Positions 21,950 through 31,933 of a stretch of DNA of 64,000 bases are shown in pieces; position 1 is the stretch's first letter; each line of letters begins with the position of its first letter. The notes below the pieces were generated by a model. That model ran no database searches. It was not told the origin of the DNA and was given only the letters and a program-made list of their open reading frames with translations. A program made the position numbers and the translations under genes. Origin of the DNA: Vineibacter sp. (GTDB lineage Bacteria; Pseudomonadota; Alphaproteobacteria; Reyranellales; Reyranellaceae); the NCBI GenBank assembly GCA_035249115.1, contig DATFGV010000359.1:6035-70034 (forward strand), written 5' to 3'.

Positions 21950-22723
21950 ATGAGCATCCTCGATTCCTTCCGGCTCGACGGCCGCGTGGCCCTGGTCACC
22001 GGCGCCGCGCGTGGCCTTGGCTGGGAGATGGCCAAGGCGCTGGCCGAAGCTGGCGCACATGTGTTGCTCAACGGCCGCTCGCCAGAACGCCTCCGGCCGC
22101 GCGTGGACGAGCTGCGCGCCGCCCGGGGGCAGGCCGATTCGCTGGCGTTCGACATGGCCGACCGCGCGGCCATGGAAGGTGCCGTGCGCGCCCGGCTCAC
22201 CGCCGGACCGATCGACATCCTGATCAACAACGTCGGCGAACGCGACCGGCGGCGCATCGAGGGGCTATCGACCGCCGACTTCGAGCGCCTGGTCGATGTC
22301 GACCTTAACGCCGCCTTCGCGCTCGCCAAGCTGGTGCTGCCTGGCATGGTCGAGCGACGCGCCGGCCGGATCATCATGGTGACATCGATCGCGGCCGGTC
22401 TTGGCGCCCCGGCGGCAGCCTCCTACATCGCGGCCAAGGGCGGCCTCGCCGCGCTCGTGCGCGCCATGGCATCGGAAGTCGGCGTGCACGGCGTCACTTG
22501 CAATGCCATCGCACCCGGCTTTTTCCACACCGAGACCAACCATGCGCTGTTCACTTCCCCGGACGGTGAGGTGTGGCGCGCCCGCGTGCCGATGGGCCGC
22601 TTCGCCCGACCGCACGAGATCGCCGGCGCCGCCCTGTACCTCGCGTCCGACGCCGCGTCCTACGTCAACGGCCACACCTTGACGGTCGATGGCGGCGTGT
22701 CGGCCACCTTCATGATGCGCTGA
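21950..22723 (+). CDS. SDR family oxidoreductase (gluconate 5-dehydrogenase-like)
   Basis: TGAARGLG, NNVG, YIAAK, NAIAPG, VDGG. Confidence 0.88.
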   Translation: MSILDSFRLDGRVALVTGAARGLGWEMAKALAEAGAHVLLNGRSPERLRPRVDELRAARGQADSLAFDMADRAAMEGAVRARLTAGPIDILINNVGERDRRRIEGLSTADFERLVDVDLNAAFALAKLVLPGMVERRAGRIIMVTSIAAGLGAPAAASYIAAKGGLAALVRAMASEVGVHGVTCNAIAPGFFHTETNHALFTSPDGEVWRARVPMGRFARPHEIAGAALYLASDAASYVNGHTLTVDGGVSATFMMR

Positions 22724-22725
22724 GC

Positions 22726-23295
22726 ATGGCCGCCGCCGATCAACGCGTACTCGAGTCCGAGCGCCTCGTCATGCGGCCGTCGGATGACGCCGACCTGGCC
22801 GACCTGGCCGCGCTAATGGCCGATCCGGAGGTCGCGGGCCGCCTGTACCACGGCGTGCTCGATGAGAACGGCGCCCGCGCCCTGCTGGAGGACTACAAGG
22901 CGACCTGGCGCGACCACGGCTACGGTATGTGGTCGCTTCGCCGCCGCGACGATGACGCCTTCATCGGCGTCAGCGGCTTGTGGAACCGCGACGACGGCCT
23001 GGGCGTGGCCACCCGCATCGCGCTCGCCAAGGCGGCCTGGGGCCAGGACTTCGCCGGCGAGGCCGGCCGCGCCATCCTACGTTTTGCCTTCGAGGTGGCT
23101 GGCCTGGAGCGGCTGGTCTCGATCACCCGCGCCAGCAATCCCGTCGCACAACGCGCGCTGATCCGGATCGGCTGGCGGCTCGAGGAGCGGGTCGAGAAGG
23201 ATGGCCGCGTGTTGCTGCGCTACGCCATGACGCGCGAGGAGTGGCTGCAGCGCCACGACGAGCGACGGCGCTCGTCGGTGCGCCTGCCACCATGA
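22726..23295 (+). CDS. GNAT acetyltransferase (RimJ/RimL type)
   Basis: LESERLVMRP, GYGMW, WGQDFAGEA, N..AQR. Confidence 0.8.
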   Translation: MAAADQRVLESERLVMRPSDDADLADLAALMADPEVAGRLYHGVLDENGARALLEDYKATWRDHGYGMWSLRRRDDDAFIGVSGLWNRDDGLGVATRIALAKAAWGQDFAGEAGRAILRFAFEVAGLERLVSITRASNPVAQRALIRIGWRLEERVEKDGRVLLRYAMTREEWLQRHDERRRSSVRLPP

Positions 23296-23312
23296 AGCGA
23301 AACACCGTTCTT

Positions 23313-23708
23313 TCATCTCGCGAGCAGGCACTGTGCGCCCACAAACACCAGTCCCAGAGTCGCGAAATTCCAGCTGATAGTCCGGAGCCAGGGAACGCCC
23401 ATCGCATAAAGTGGCAGGAACGCGAGGCGTCCGCCTAGATAGAGCATGCATCCAACCTGGCTGAGGGTACCGGAAACGTCGAGCAACCGCACCGCCAGGA
23501 CACACGTGGCAAAGTACGGGAATGTTTCCAGAAAATTCGCGTTGGCACGATACAGGCGCGCCGAGACGCCTGTCGGCTGCAGACCCTCGTCGCGCGGGCC
23601 GACGGCGTACGTGTTACCGACCTGAGCCCTGAAGGAGAACGAGGCCGCGGACAGGTGAACCAGTCCCAGCAGCACAGCCGCCAGAAGCGCGTACAACTCC
23701 CACGTCAT
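23313..23708 (-). CDS. MAPEG family membrane protein
   Basis: GPRD, RLYRANANFLETFP, RLAFLPLY..GVPWLRT. Confidence 0.8.
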   Translation of the reverse strand: MTWELYALLAAVLLGLVHLSAASFSFRAQVGNTYAVGPRDEGLQPTGVSARLYRANANFLETFPYFATCVLAVRLLDVSGTLSQVGCMLYLGGRLAFLPLYAMGVPWLRTISWNFATLGLVFVGAQCLLAR

Positions 23709-23877
23709 GTTCGCCTCCGAGTCGTTCATGTGTCATCGCCGCGGAAATCGCATACGCCGGCCTTCTCCAGGGCGGCAGGGAAGAGCGCCACAATTGACAG
23801 CCAAACCCAATCACATCGGCTATGAGTATCAAGCAAGGGGCTGACGCAAGGCTGGAAAGTGCAAGCGGGGGCAGCGA

Positions 23878-25302
23878 ATGGTGAGATTAATCCCGGCTGC
23901 AGCGCTCGTGGCGCTGGCGTCGATGACAGGCGCCAGCGGTGCCATGGCCGCCGGCGAGGCGCCGCACATCGACGGCGCTCGCCTCGGGCTCATCTGGGTT
24001 CTGCCCTTTGTCGGGATTCTGCTCTCGATCGCCGTCATGCCGCTGGTGGTGCCGTCGTTCTGGCATCACCATTTCGGCAAGGTGTCGGCAGCCTGGGCGC
24101 TGATGTTCATCGTGCCGTTCGCGGCGATCTTCGGCGTGCCGACGGCGATCTACGAGGTGATGCACACGCTGATCCTCGAATACATCCCGTTCATCATCCT
24201 GCTTCTGGCGCTGTTCACGGTGACCGGCGGCATCAGGGTCACCGGCAACCTGAAGGGTTCGCCGACCATGAACACGGTGCTGTTGACCATCGGCACGGTG
24301 CTGGCTGGCTGGATGGGCACGACCGGCGCCGCGATGCTGTTGATCCGTCCCCTGATCCGCGCCAACGACGATCGCAGGCACAAGGTGCACGTCTTCGTTT
24401 TCTTTATCTTTCTGGTGGCGAATGTCGGCGGCGCGTTGACCCCGCTGGGCGATCCACCGCTGTTCCTCGGGTTTTTGAAAGGCGTCGAATTCTTTTGGCC
24501 GACGTCGCACCTGTTCGCCGAGATGCTGGTCTGCGCCATTGTTCTGCTGGGCGTCTTCTACGCGCTCGACAGCTACTGGTACAGCAAGGAAGGTCACCTG
24601 CCGCGCGATCCGACGCCGGACAGCCCGATTGAGATCGCGGGCGGGGTCAACGTCGTGCTCTTGCTGGCGGTCATCGGGGCGGTGTTGCTGAGTGGCACGT
24701 GGAAGCCGGGCGTCACGTGGACGATCAACCACATCGAGGTCGAACTTCAGAACGTCGCGCGCGATGTCCTTCTGGTGGCGATCACCATTGCGTCCGTCGC
24801 CTTCACGTCGAAGGACGTCCGCAGCGGCAACGACTTCACCTGGGGACCGATCCTCGAAGTGGCCAAGCTGTTCGCCGGCATCTTTCTGACCATCGTGCCC
24901 GCCATTGCCATCCTCAAGGCGGGCAAGAGCGGCTCCATGGAGCCCCTGGTGAGCCTGGTGAACCGTGCCGACGGCACGCCGATCGACGCCTGGTACTTCT
25001 GGCTTTCCGGCATCCTGTCGAGTTTCCTCGACAACGCGCCCACCTACCTGGTGTTCTTCAATCTGGCCGGCGGTGATGCCACGGTTCTGATGGGACCGAT
25101 GGCGGCGACCCTGGCGGCGATTTCGTGCGGCGCCGTCTTCATGGGCGCGAACACCTACATCGGCAACGCGCCGAACTTCATGGTCAAGTCGATCGTCGAG
25201 GCCTCAGGCATCCGCATGCCAAGCTTCTTCGGCTACATGGCGTGGTCATGCGTCTTCCTTTTGCCGCTGTTCGTCGTACTGACGTTCATCTTCTTCCGCT
25301 GA
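23878..25302 (+). CDS. Ion-transporter superfamily protein (putative citrate or Na+/H+ antiporter)
   Basis: Many TM segments; GTTGAAMLLIRP, NVGGALTPLGDPP, SSFLDNAPTY, TYIGNAPN. Confidence 0.8.
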   Translation: MVRLIPAAALVALASMTGASGAMAAGEAPHIDGARLGLIWVLPFVGILLSIAVMPLVVPSFWHHHFGKVSAAWALMFIVPFAAIFGVPTAIYEVMHTLILEYIPFIILLLALFTVTGGIRVTGNLKGSPTMNTVLLTIGTVLAGWMGTTGAAMLLIRPLIRANDDRRHKVHVFVFFIFLVANVGGALTPLGDPPLFLGFLKGVEFFWPTSHLFAEMLVCAIVLLGVFYALDSYWYSKEGHLPRDPTPDSPIEIAGGVNVVLLLAVIGAVLLSGTWKPGVTWTINHIEVELQNVARDVLLVAITIASVAFTSKDVRSGNDFTWGPILEVAKLFAGIFLTIVPAIAILKAGKSGSMEPLVSLVNRADGTPIDAWYFWLSGILSSFLDNAPTYLVFFNLAGGDATVLMGPMAATLAAISCGAVFMGANTYIGNAPNFMVKSIVEASGIRMPSFFGYMAWSCVFLLPLFVVLTFIFFR

Positions 25303-25829
25303 CGTGGCGCGACTGATACCGACGGCCCTTGTGATCGACTCGTTTGGCCGGTCAACGCCGCCTCTGCCTGAGGAGCAGCCCGCAGGGCCGCAGCACAAAT
25401 GGTAAGGCGGCGGCGCTCGACAAACGGGTCAGGCCCCGAGGGCCGCAGGCATTCGACCAAGCCATCGGAGTGGCACGGCTAATCCGACATATTGCGGCAG
25501 CAATACTGACTTAGTTGTGAGCCTAAGCGATTGACCGCAAGGCCCGCTACGGGCGGTAAATGATCCGGACGGCGTCAAAGAAACATCGACGGGCTCGGCA
25601 TCTTCCGCCGCCTTTAACTTTCCGGCAGCGATCCTGACCTGTCGCGGCCAGGGTGCCACACAGTTCGGTATCTACAGCCCCAGCTATTGTAGTCGGCGAA
25701 GCGGTAGACCTCGGCCCGTCCCTCTCCCGTCGCGACACTGGCCGTTGGCTGACGGCTCACGGCAAGGCACACGCGACGGACAAACTCGTCGAGCCCAAGG
25801 GCCGTTGGTGTGCGAACGCGCCCGGTCGT

Positions 25830-26642
25830 TCAGAACCGCATCTTTTCCTTCACGACGGCGGCGATCGGCATCAACTCCTCGCGGTTCAGATTGCCGGTCA
25901 GCGCGTAGCCCAGCGGTCCCTCAAGCCAGTAGAGGGAACGCACGCCGTTCTGGTCTCGGAACTGGACCGTGGTGCCCTCGTTGTTGGCGTTGGACACCAG
26001 ATAGACCATCACCCGGCGCGGGGGATTGCTCTTGTCATCGTAGACGAACAGGCAGGCGGGTCCTTCCCGGCTGGGCAGCAGACGCCCGCCGACCAGAGTC
26101 CAGCCCAGCGGTGCCAGGTCGGGCGGCCGGACCTTGGTCTTCATTTTGTTCGACAACCAGTTGGTCAGGTGGTCGACCTCGGCGGCCGGCACCTCCACGG
26201 CATGGCGCCGTTCCGTGACATAGACACGGTAGGCGTTCTGCGCCTCGGACGGCAGAGTCGCCTGAAGGGTCGGGCCAGCCTCGCCACCACCGGCGTAACG
26301 CGCGGCGCCGAAACCCAACGCGGCACCGACCGCGAGGATCGCGACCGACGCGGCGGCGCGCACCGCCCAATCGCCCACCGACCAGCGCACAGCAGGTCGC
26401 TGGCTGCCCTTGGCGATCGCTGTCGTGATCCGCTCCGGGATCAGCTCGTCCAGCACCGGGTCGAACAACGCCGCCAGCCGCCGGTTCTGCTCCGTCCAGT
26501 CGGCGACGCGGGCCGCCGCCTCGCGGTCGGCGGACAGGAACGCCTCCACCTCGCGACGGCGCTCGAGGTCGAGGCGGTTGTCGACATAGGCGTGCAGATC
26601 GTCGTCCCCGACGGGCTGGTGAATTGTGCCCGGCGCGCTCAT
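25830..26642 (-). CDS. Transmembrane anti-sigma factor (PrtR-like)
   Basis: LHAYVDNRLD N-terminus, one TM, HAVEV...HL.NWLS, LVGGRLLP. Confidence 0.82.
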   Translation of the reverse strand: MSAPGTIHQPVGDDDLHAYVDNRLDLERRREVEAFLSADREAAARVADWTEQNRRLAALFDPVLDELIPERITTAIAKGSQRPAVRWSVGDWAVRAAASVAILAVGAALGFGAARYAGGGEAGPTLQATLPSEAQNAYRVYVTERRHAVEVPAAEVDHLTNWLSNKMKTKVRPPDLAPLGWTLVGGRLLPSREGPACLFVYDDKSNPPRRVMVYLVSNANNEGTTVQFRDQNGVRSLYWLEGPLGYALTGNLNREELMPIAAVVKEKMRF

Positions 26643-27211
26643 GTGGCGCTCCTCGGCTGGGGCATGCGCTCGCCGCTGGCCAGCTGCGACAGTCGGTCGC
26701 GGGCCCGCGACAGGCGCGACATCACCGTGCCCACCGGCACGCCCAGCACCTCCGCCACTTCGGCGTACTGCAACCCTTCCAGCGCGATCAGCAGCAACAC
26801 CTGCCGATGCTCGACCGACAACAGCTTGAGCGCCGACAGAGTCTCGCTGGCCATCAGCTTTTCCACCTGCGATGCCGGCCGCGACGGCTCCGGGACATCG
26901 TCGATCGTGGCCAGCCGGGGCCGCGACGCCAGACGACGTTTCTCATTGGCGTTCAGGTTGTGCATGATCGTGAACAGCCAGGCCCGGAGATTGCCAGGCT
27001 GACGCCACATGTGGGCGCGCGTGAGCGCTCGTTCGACGCAGTCCTGCACCAGATCATCCGCCGCTGCGGAATCGCCGGTCAATGCGCGCGCGTAGCGCCG
27101 CAAGGCGGGCACGTGCTGGGGCAAAAGATCGGCAACTTCGCTCAAAAGGCCATTCGACGCCCCGGCAGAGTCATCCGCCACCGGGCCGTCGCCTCTTTCA
27201 ACACGTTCCAA
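26639..27211 (-). CDS. ECF RNA polymerase sigma factor (PrtI-like)
   Basis: LRRYARAL, ADDLVQD, AWLFTIMHN, GTVMSRLSRAR; true start may be GTG 27181. Confidence 0.9.
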   Translation of the reverse strand: MERVERGDGPVADDSAGASNGLLSEVADLLPQHVPALRRYARALTGDSAAADDLVQDCVERALTRAHMWRQPGNLRAWLFTIMHNLNANEKRRLASRPRLATIDDVPEPSRPASQVEKLMASETLSALKLLSVEHRQVLLLIALEGLQYAEVAEVLGVPVGTVMSRLSRARDRLSQLASGERMPQPRSAT

Positions 27212-27294
27212 GCCGGATTATTCCGGCGGCCGGCTGATTCTCGTGCCCGCTGCCAGATTGGTGCAGTGGTTACTCCTCTTGCTACCAGTAACCC

Positions 27295-28791
27295 CTAACC
27301 AACCCGAAAATTCCCGAACTGCCAAGGGTCTTCCCGGTCGAGGGTTTCCGGGAACAGCTGGCCGCGACCCTCGACCGGCGTCCAGTTCGAGTAGCGGCCC
27401 ACCACCGGACCGAGATAGGGCATGCAGATCTCGAGGTTTCGCTCGAAATCCATCTCGTCGGCCTCGACGACTCCGGCGCGCGGGTTCTCCAGCGCCCAGA
27501 TAATGCCGCTCAGTACCGGGGCGCAGACCTGCAGCGAGGTGGCGTTGTTATACGGCGCCAGCTTTCGCGCGTCGCCGATCGACAGCTGCGAGCCGTACCA
27601 GTAGGCACCCTTGTTGTGGCCCATCAGCAGCACGCCCAGCTCGTCGATGCCGCTGTCGATCTCCTCGACGATCAGCCGTTGGCGCTTCTGCTGGCTGAGG
27701 TTCTTGCCGGCGATTTCGTGCATCGACATGATCGCCTGGTCGCACGGATGGTAGGCGTAGTGCACCGTCGGCCGGTAGACCACCTGGTTTCCTGCGCGCA
27801 GGGTGAAGTAGTCGGCGATCGAAATCGACTCGTTATGGGTGATGATGAATCCGTGGAACGGCCCCTCCTTGGGCGTCCAAGTGCGTACCCGCGTCAGCAG
27901 GCCCGGACGATTGAGGTAGATCGCCGCGTCGCAACCGAAATCATGACGCGCACCGTCCGGCGGTAGCACCTTCTCGTGCGTGCCCCATCCCATCTCGGCG
28001 GGTTGGCAGCCCTCCGACACAAAGCCGTCGATCGACCAGGTGTTGACGAACTCGCCGACCTCCTTGGGGTGCGACGACACCTGCGTGTCGCGCTCGGCGA
28101 TGTGGATCACCTTGACGCCGAGGTCGCGCGCCAGTTCGCCCCATCCCTGCCGCGTCGTCGGCCTGGCGGCCGCGTGACCTGTGTCGCGGGCGATGTTGAG
28201 CAGCGCCCGCTTGACGAAGTGCGACACCAGGCCCGGATTGGCGCCATGCGCGACCACCGCCGTCGGACCGCCGCTGAACTTGGCGCGCAGCTCCAGCGCC
28301 CGCTCGCGCAGGGCGTAGTTGGAGCGATGCGACACCGACAGGTTCGGGTCGGTATAGCCCCCCGGCCACGGCTCGATGCAGGTATCGAGATAAAGCGCAC
28401 CCTTTTCCTGGCACAGCTCGATCAGCGCGGTCGATGCCACTTCGACCGACAGGTTGACCAGGAAATCGCCCTGGCCGAGGCGCCTGTCGAGCGTCGCGCG
28501 GAGATTGTCGCGCGTCACCCGCTTGCGGATGAAAGTCACCCCGTAGCGCGCCAGTTCCGGCTGGCCACCGCGGTCCTCGGCCGAGATCACGGTGATCTGC
28601 GATGGCTTGATGTCGATGTGGCGCAGGATCAGCGGCAGCACGCCCTGGCCGATCGAGCCGAAGCCGAGCATGACCATGCGGCCGCCAAAGGCGACGTACT
28701 TGCGATCGCTTGCCCGGCCCGCAGGCCGGGTCGCCGCCTTCCGCGCCTTGGCACGTGCCGTCGCCGCGGCCTTCTTCGCCGTCTTGGCCAT
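27295..28791 (-). CDS. hss: Homospermidine synthase
   Basis: GFGSIGQG, DTCIEPW, HGANPGLVSH, HIAERDTQ, NTWSIDGF, HNES, NATSLQV. Confidence 0.93.
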   Translation of the reverse strand: MAKTAKKAAATARAKARKAATRPAGRASDRKYVAFGGRMVMLGFGSIGQGVLPLILRHIDIKPSQITVISAEDRGGQPELARYGVTFIRKRVTRDNLRATLDRRLGQGDFLVNLSVEVASTALIELCQEKGALYLDTCIEPWPGGYTDPNLSVSHRSNYALRERALELRAKFSGGPTAVVAHGANPGLVSHFVKRALLNIARDTGHAAARPTTRQGWGELARDLGVKVIHIAERDTQVSSHPKEVGEFVNTWSIDGFVSEGCQPAEMGWGTHEKVLPPDGARHDFGCDAAIYLNRPGLLTRVRTWTPKEGPFHGFIITHNESISIADYFTLRAGNQVVYRPTVHYAYHPCDQAIMSMHEIAGKNLSQQKRQRLIVEEIDSGIDELGVLLMGHNKGAYWYGSQLSIGDARKLAPYNNATSLQVCAPVLSGIIWALENPRAGVVEADEMDFERNLEICMPYLGPVVGRYSNWTPVEGRGQLFPETLDREDPWQFGNFRVG

Positions 28792-28839
28792 CAATGGTCT
28801 CCTGGAAGTCGTCGGGGGAAGAAACGCAGCAACAACGCG

Positions 28840-28864
28840 AAACGGGGCCCGGCGGGCCCCGTTT
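28840..28864 (-). terminator. Putative intrinsic terminator or stabilising hairpin between odc and hss
   Basis: AAACGGGGCCC-N3-GGGCCCCGTTT followed by a weak T-rich run on the minus strand. Confidence 0.55.
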
Positions 28865-28888
28865 GCTAGCCGCGCGCGGCGGCGCGGG

Positions 28889-30019
28889 TCAAATGCAATA
28901 GGCTTTCAGCGGCGCGAAGCCGTTGAAGTTCACCGCCGAGTAGGTCGTGGTGTAGGCACCGGTCGCCTGGATCTCGACCTTGTCACCGACCTTCAGGGTC
29001 AGGGGCAGGCGGTACTCCGTCTTCTCGTACAGGATGTCGGCGCTGTCGCAGGTCGGGCCGGCCAACACAACCGGACCGGTGCGGCCGCCGTCGCGCGGCG
29101 TCGTCAGCCGGTACTTGATGCTCTCGTCCATGGTCTCGGCCAAGCCGCCGAACTTGCCGACGTCGAGGTAGACCCAGCGCTTGCGGTCGTTGGCCGACTT
29201 GCGGGAGATCAGCACAACCTCGCTCTGGATCACGCCGGCGTCGCCGACCATCGAGCGACCAGGCTCGATGATCACCTCGGGCATACGGTTGCCGAAGTGC
29301 CGCACCAGCGCGCGCTGCACCGCCTCGCAGTAGGCCTCGATCGACTGGACGTCGGCCCGGTAGCGGGCCGGGAAGCCACCGCCGAGGTTGACCATCTTGA
29401 GGTCGACACCGGTCTCCGCCAGGGCGAAGAACATCTGCGCCACCTGCGCCAGCGCCCGGTCCCACTGCTCGAGGTCGGTCTGCTGCGAGCCGACGTGGAA
29501 GGAGATGCCGTACGGCTCCAGGCCGATCTCGCCCGCCTTGCGCAGCAGCTCGCGGGCCATTTCCGGCGCGCAGCCGAACTTGCGCGACAGCGGCCACTCG
29601 GCGCCGTCGCAGTCGACCAGCACGCGGCAGAACACGCGGGCGCCCGGCGCCTGGCGCGCCAGCTTGGCCATCTCGGCCTCACTGTCGAAGGCGAACAGGC
29701 GCACGCCCTGCTGGTAGGCCCAGGCGATGTCCCGCTCCTTCTTGATGGTGTTGCCGAACGAGATGCGCGCGGCATCGACGCCGGTGGCCATCACCTGCTC
29801 GATCTCGCCGCGGCTGGCGGTATCGAAGCTCGAGCCGAGTTTGCCCAGCCGCGTCAGCACTTCCGACGCGGGGTTGGCCTTCATGGCGTAAAAGATGCGG
29901 GTCCCCGGCAGCAGCTCCCGCATGCGCTTGTAGTTGTACTCGACGACGTCGAGGTCAACGACCAGGCAGGGCGTCTCAGGCTGCTTCTCGTGGAGAAAAC
30001 GTCGGATGCGCTCGGTCAT
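28889..30019 (-). CDS. Fold-type III PLP ornithine/lysine decarboxylase
   Basis: FYAMKAN, FDTAS, SRKFG, SFHVGSQ, NLGGG, EPGR, GPTCDSAD, GAYT. Confidence 0.93.
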   Translation of the reverse strand: MTERIRRFLHEKQPETPCLVVDLDVVEYNYKRMRELLPGTRIFYAMKANPASEVLTRLGKLGSSFDTASRGEIEQVMATGVDAARISFGNTIKKERDIAWAYQQGVRLFAFDSEAEMAKLARQAPGARVFCRVLVDCDGAEWPLSRKFGCAPEMARELLRKAGEIGLEPYGISFHVGSQQTDLEQWDRALAQVAQMFFALAETGVDLKMVNLGGGFPARYRADVQSIEAYCEAVQRALVRHFGNRMPEVIIEPGRSMVGDAGVIQSEVVLISRKSANDRKRWVYLDVGKFGGLAETMDESIKYRLTTPRDGGRTGPVVLAGPTCDSADILYEKTEYRLPLTLKVGDKVEIQATGAYTTTYSAVNFNGFAPLKAYCI

Positions 30020-30035
30020 TTCGAAGAAATCCGTG

Positions 30036-30086
30036 TCAGCTGGCTGTGGCACAGGTCGAATCGCGCAGCGCGACGATCCGACGCAT
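30036..30086 (-). CDS. Candidate leader uORF2 (16 aa, MRRIVALRDSTCATAS)
   Basis: AGGAGAGG just before the ATG; stop lies 16 nt before the odc ATG. Confidence 0.35.
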   Translation of the reverse strand: MRRIVALRDSTCATAS

Positions 30087-30115
30087 GAACCTCTCCTGCG
30101 GCGCCCGTCGGGCGA

Positions 30116-30244
30116 TCAGCAGGAGGCGCACATACTGGACAGCGGATTCTTCCGGCCGATCAGCAAGCCGTACGACACCGGGCCGGCATCGTGAGGCGCT
30201 AGGACAAGGACACGGGGCACGCGCCCCGCACGGATCGTATGCAT
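30116..30244 (-). CDS. Candidate leader peptide uORF1 (42 aa)
   Basis: GAAAGGGA SD-like, MHTIRAGRVPRVLVLAPHDAGPVSYGLLIGRKNPLSSMCASC; in frame with odc. Confidence 0.45.
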   Translation of the reverse strand: MHTIRAGRVPRVLVLAPHDAGPVSYGLLIGRKNPLSSMCASC

Positions 30245-30375
30245 GACAAAGGTCCCTTTCGGTGCCGGTCTAGGCCGGCATTTCCAAGAAGGACGCTTTC
30301 CGTCGTTGCATAACCACAATGGGCCATAGGCACGTGCGTGGGCGTCTACGCACGAGAGATACGCCTAATTGTGGC
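30245..30375 (-). ncRNA. speF-leader-like cis-regulatory RNA
   Basis: Upstream of an alphaproteobacterial-type ornithine decarboxylase; hairpins near 30263-30280 and 30334-30353; blocks GCACGTGCCTATGG and GCAACGACGG that I recall from speF leaders (not verified). Confidence 0.5.
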
Positions 30376-30477
30376 GTTCGCAAGTGCAAACCTCGCCATT
30401 AGTTCGAATCGGTCTGATTTTTTTGGATAACGTGTCCTCAAGGCAACACTTTTGCACAACGCACCGCGACGCGCGCG

Positions 30478-31755
30478 TCAATCGGCAGCGACGCGTTTTG
30501 CTTGAGGCGCCGACAGCGGAATGGCGGCGGCCAGGAACGCCATCGGCAACAGCAGCGCGGCGGCGCAGCCCATCGCCAGCGGCACGCCGATGCGGTCGGC
30601 GACGGCGCCCCACGCCGCCTGTCCAACCGTGAGACTTCCGAAGAACACGATCTGGTGAACTGCCATGCCGCGCGCCCGCACCCATGACGGCAGCAGCGCC
30701 TGGGTGGCGACGTTATTGTTGGCGATCACCACCATCCAGCAACCGCCGAGCACCGCGAGGCCGACGCCGACCGCCAGCACGTGCGGCACCGCCGCGCCGA
30801 GCCCGGTCGCCGCCGCCGCCGTCAGCATGGCCGCAATGTTGGCGCGATCCGGCCCGAGCCAGGCGTTGAAGCGCGGAATCATCATCGTGCCGGCGACCGC
30901 GCCGACACCGAAGCTGGAAAACAGCACGCCGTACGCCTCGTCGCTCAGATCGAGTTTGCGGCCCATCAGGGGCAGCAAGGTGGCGTAGGCGACCGCGGGC
31001 AGGAAAAAACAGGCGGCGCGGGCCCACACGCGCCACAGCGCTGGCGTGTCGCGGATGAAGGCGATGCCGCTGACAAAGCCTTCCAGCAGGCCTTCGCGCC
31101 GCTGCTGGGCACGCGCCTCTGCCGGACGGCGCCAGCTGGCGATGGCAGCGATCAGCGCCAAGAAGGTCAGCGCGTTGGTGGCGAACAGGACAAAGATTCC
31201 GGCCAACCCCTGCAGCACCTGGCCGATCACCGGCCCGACAGTCCGTGCCAGGTTGAAGGCGGCGCTGTTGAGCGCGATCGCCTGCGGCAGATAATGGCGG
31301 CCGACGATCTCCGGTACCACGGCGTGCCACGCCGGCCCGTTCATAGCGTTGCCGATGCCGACGCAAAACATCAACCCGAGCAGGCTCCAGTGGTCGAGCC
31401 GGCCTATGAACGCCAGCACCGCCAGCGCCGTCGCCGCCATCATCATCCAGATCTGGCAGGCCAGGATGTAGCGGCGGCGGTCGACCCGGTCGGCCAGCAC
31501 GCCGGCGGGGAAGCCAAACAGGAAAACTGGGCAAGTGGTGGCGATCGCCATGGCCGCGACGAACAGCGCCTTGTCCCCGGCAGGCGCGATCTCGGTCATG
31601 ATCCAGCCGGCGCCCGCCGTCTGCATCCAGCCGCCAATGTTGGAGACGATGTTGGCCATCCACAGGCGCTTGAAGGCCGGAATGGCGAGCGGCGCCCAGA
31701 GGGAGGTCGGCGCCGCCGGCGCGGCATCGGCAGAAGAAGGCGGCGGGGCGGACAT
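30478..31755 (-). CDS. MFS transporter (MFS_3/H+ antiporter-like)
   Basis: SNIGGWMQ, GVLADRVDRR, AIALNSAAFNLARTVGP; about 12 TM. Confidence 0.88.
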   Translation of the reverse strand: MSAPPPSSADAAPAAPTSLWAPLAIPAFKRLWMANIVSNIGGWMQTAGAGWIMTEIAPAGDKALFVAAMAIATTCPVFLFGFPAGVLADRVDRRRYILACQIWMMMAATALAVLAFIGRLDHWSLLGLMFCVGIGNAMNGPAWHAVVPEIVGRHYLPQAIALNSAAFNLARTVGPVIGQVLQGLAGIFVLFATNALTFLALIAAIASWRRPAEARAQQRREGLLEGFVSGIAFIRDTPALWRVWARAACFFLPAVAYATLLPLMGRKLDLSDEAYGVLFSSFGVGAVAGTMMIPRFNAWLGPDRANIAAMLTAAAATGLGAAVPHVLAVGVGLAVLGGCWMVVIANNNVATQALLPSWVRARGMAVHQIVFFGSLTVGQAAWGAVADRIGVPLAMGCAAALLLPMAFLAAAIPLSAPQAKRVAAD

Positions 31756-31933
31756 GCCTGCGGATCTAAGACATCGGGGGCGTTCGTGTGGTTGGCCGAA
31801 GTCTACATACCCACCGCCGCGCTGTCACAATGGGCGCCTGCATGGCCGATCTGCCGCCTGCCAGCGCCATCAAAAAGCCGCGCAGTGCCAACGACGGCAC
31901 GTGCTATAGGCTGCGCCCGGAAAGGACGACCTG

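Noticed and set aside
23313-23729. MAPEG gene as a horizontally acquired island
   Set aside because: Slightly atypical codons by eye, but only one gene with no boundaries or mobility signal
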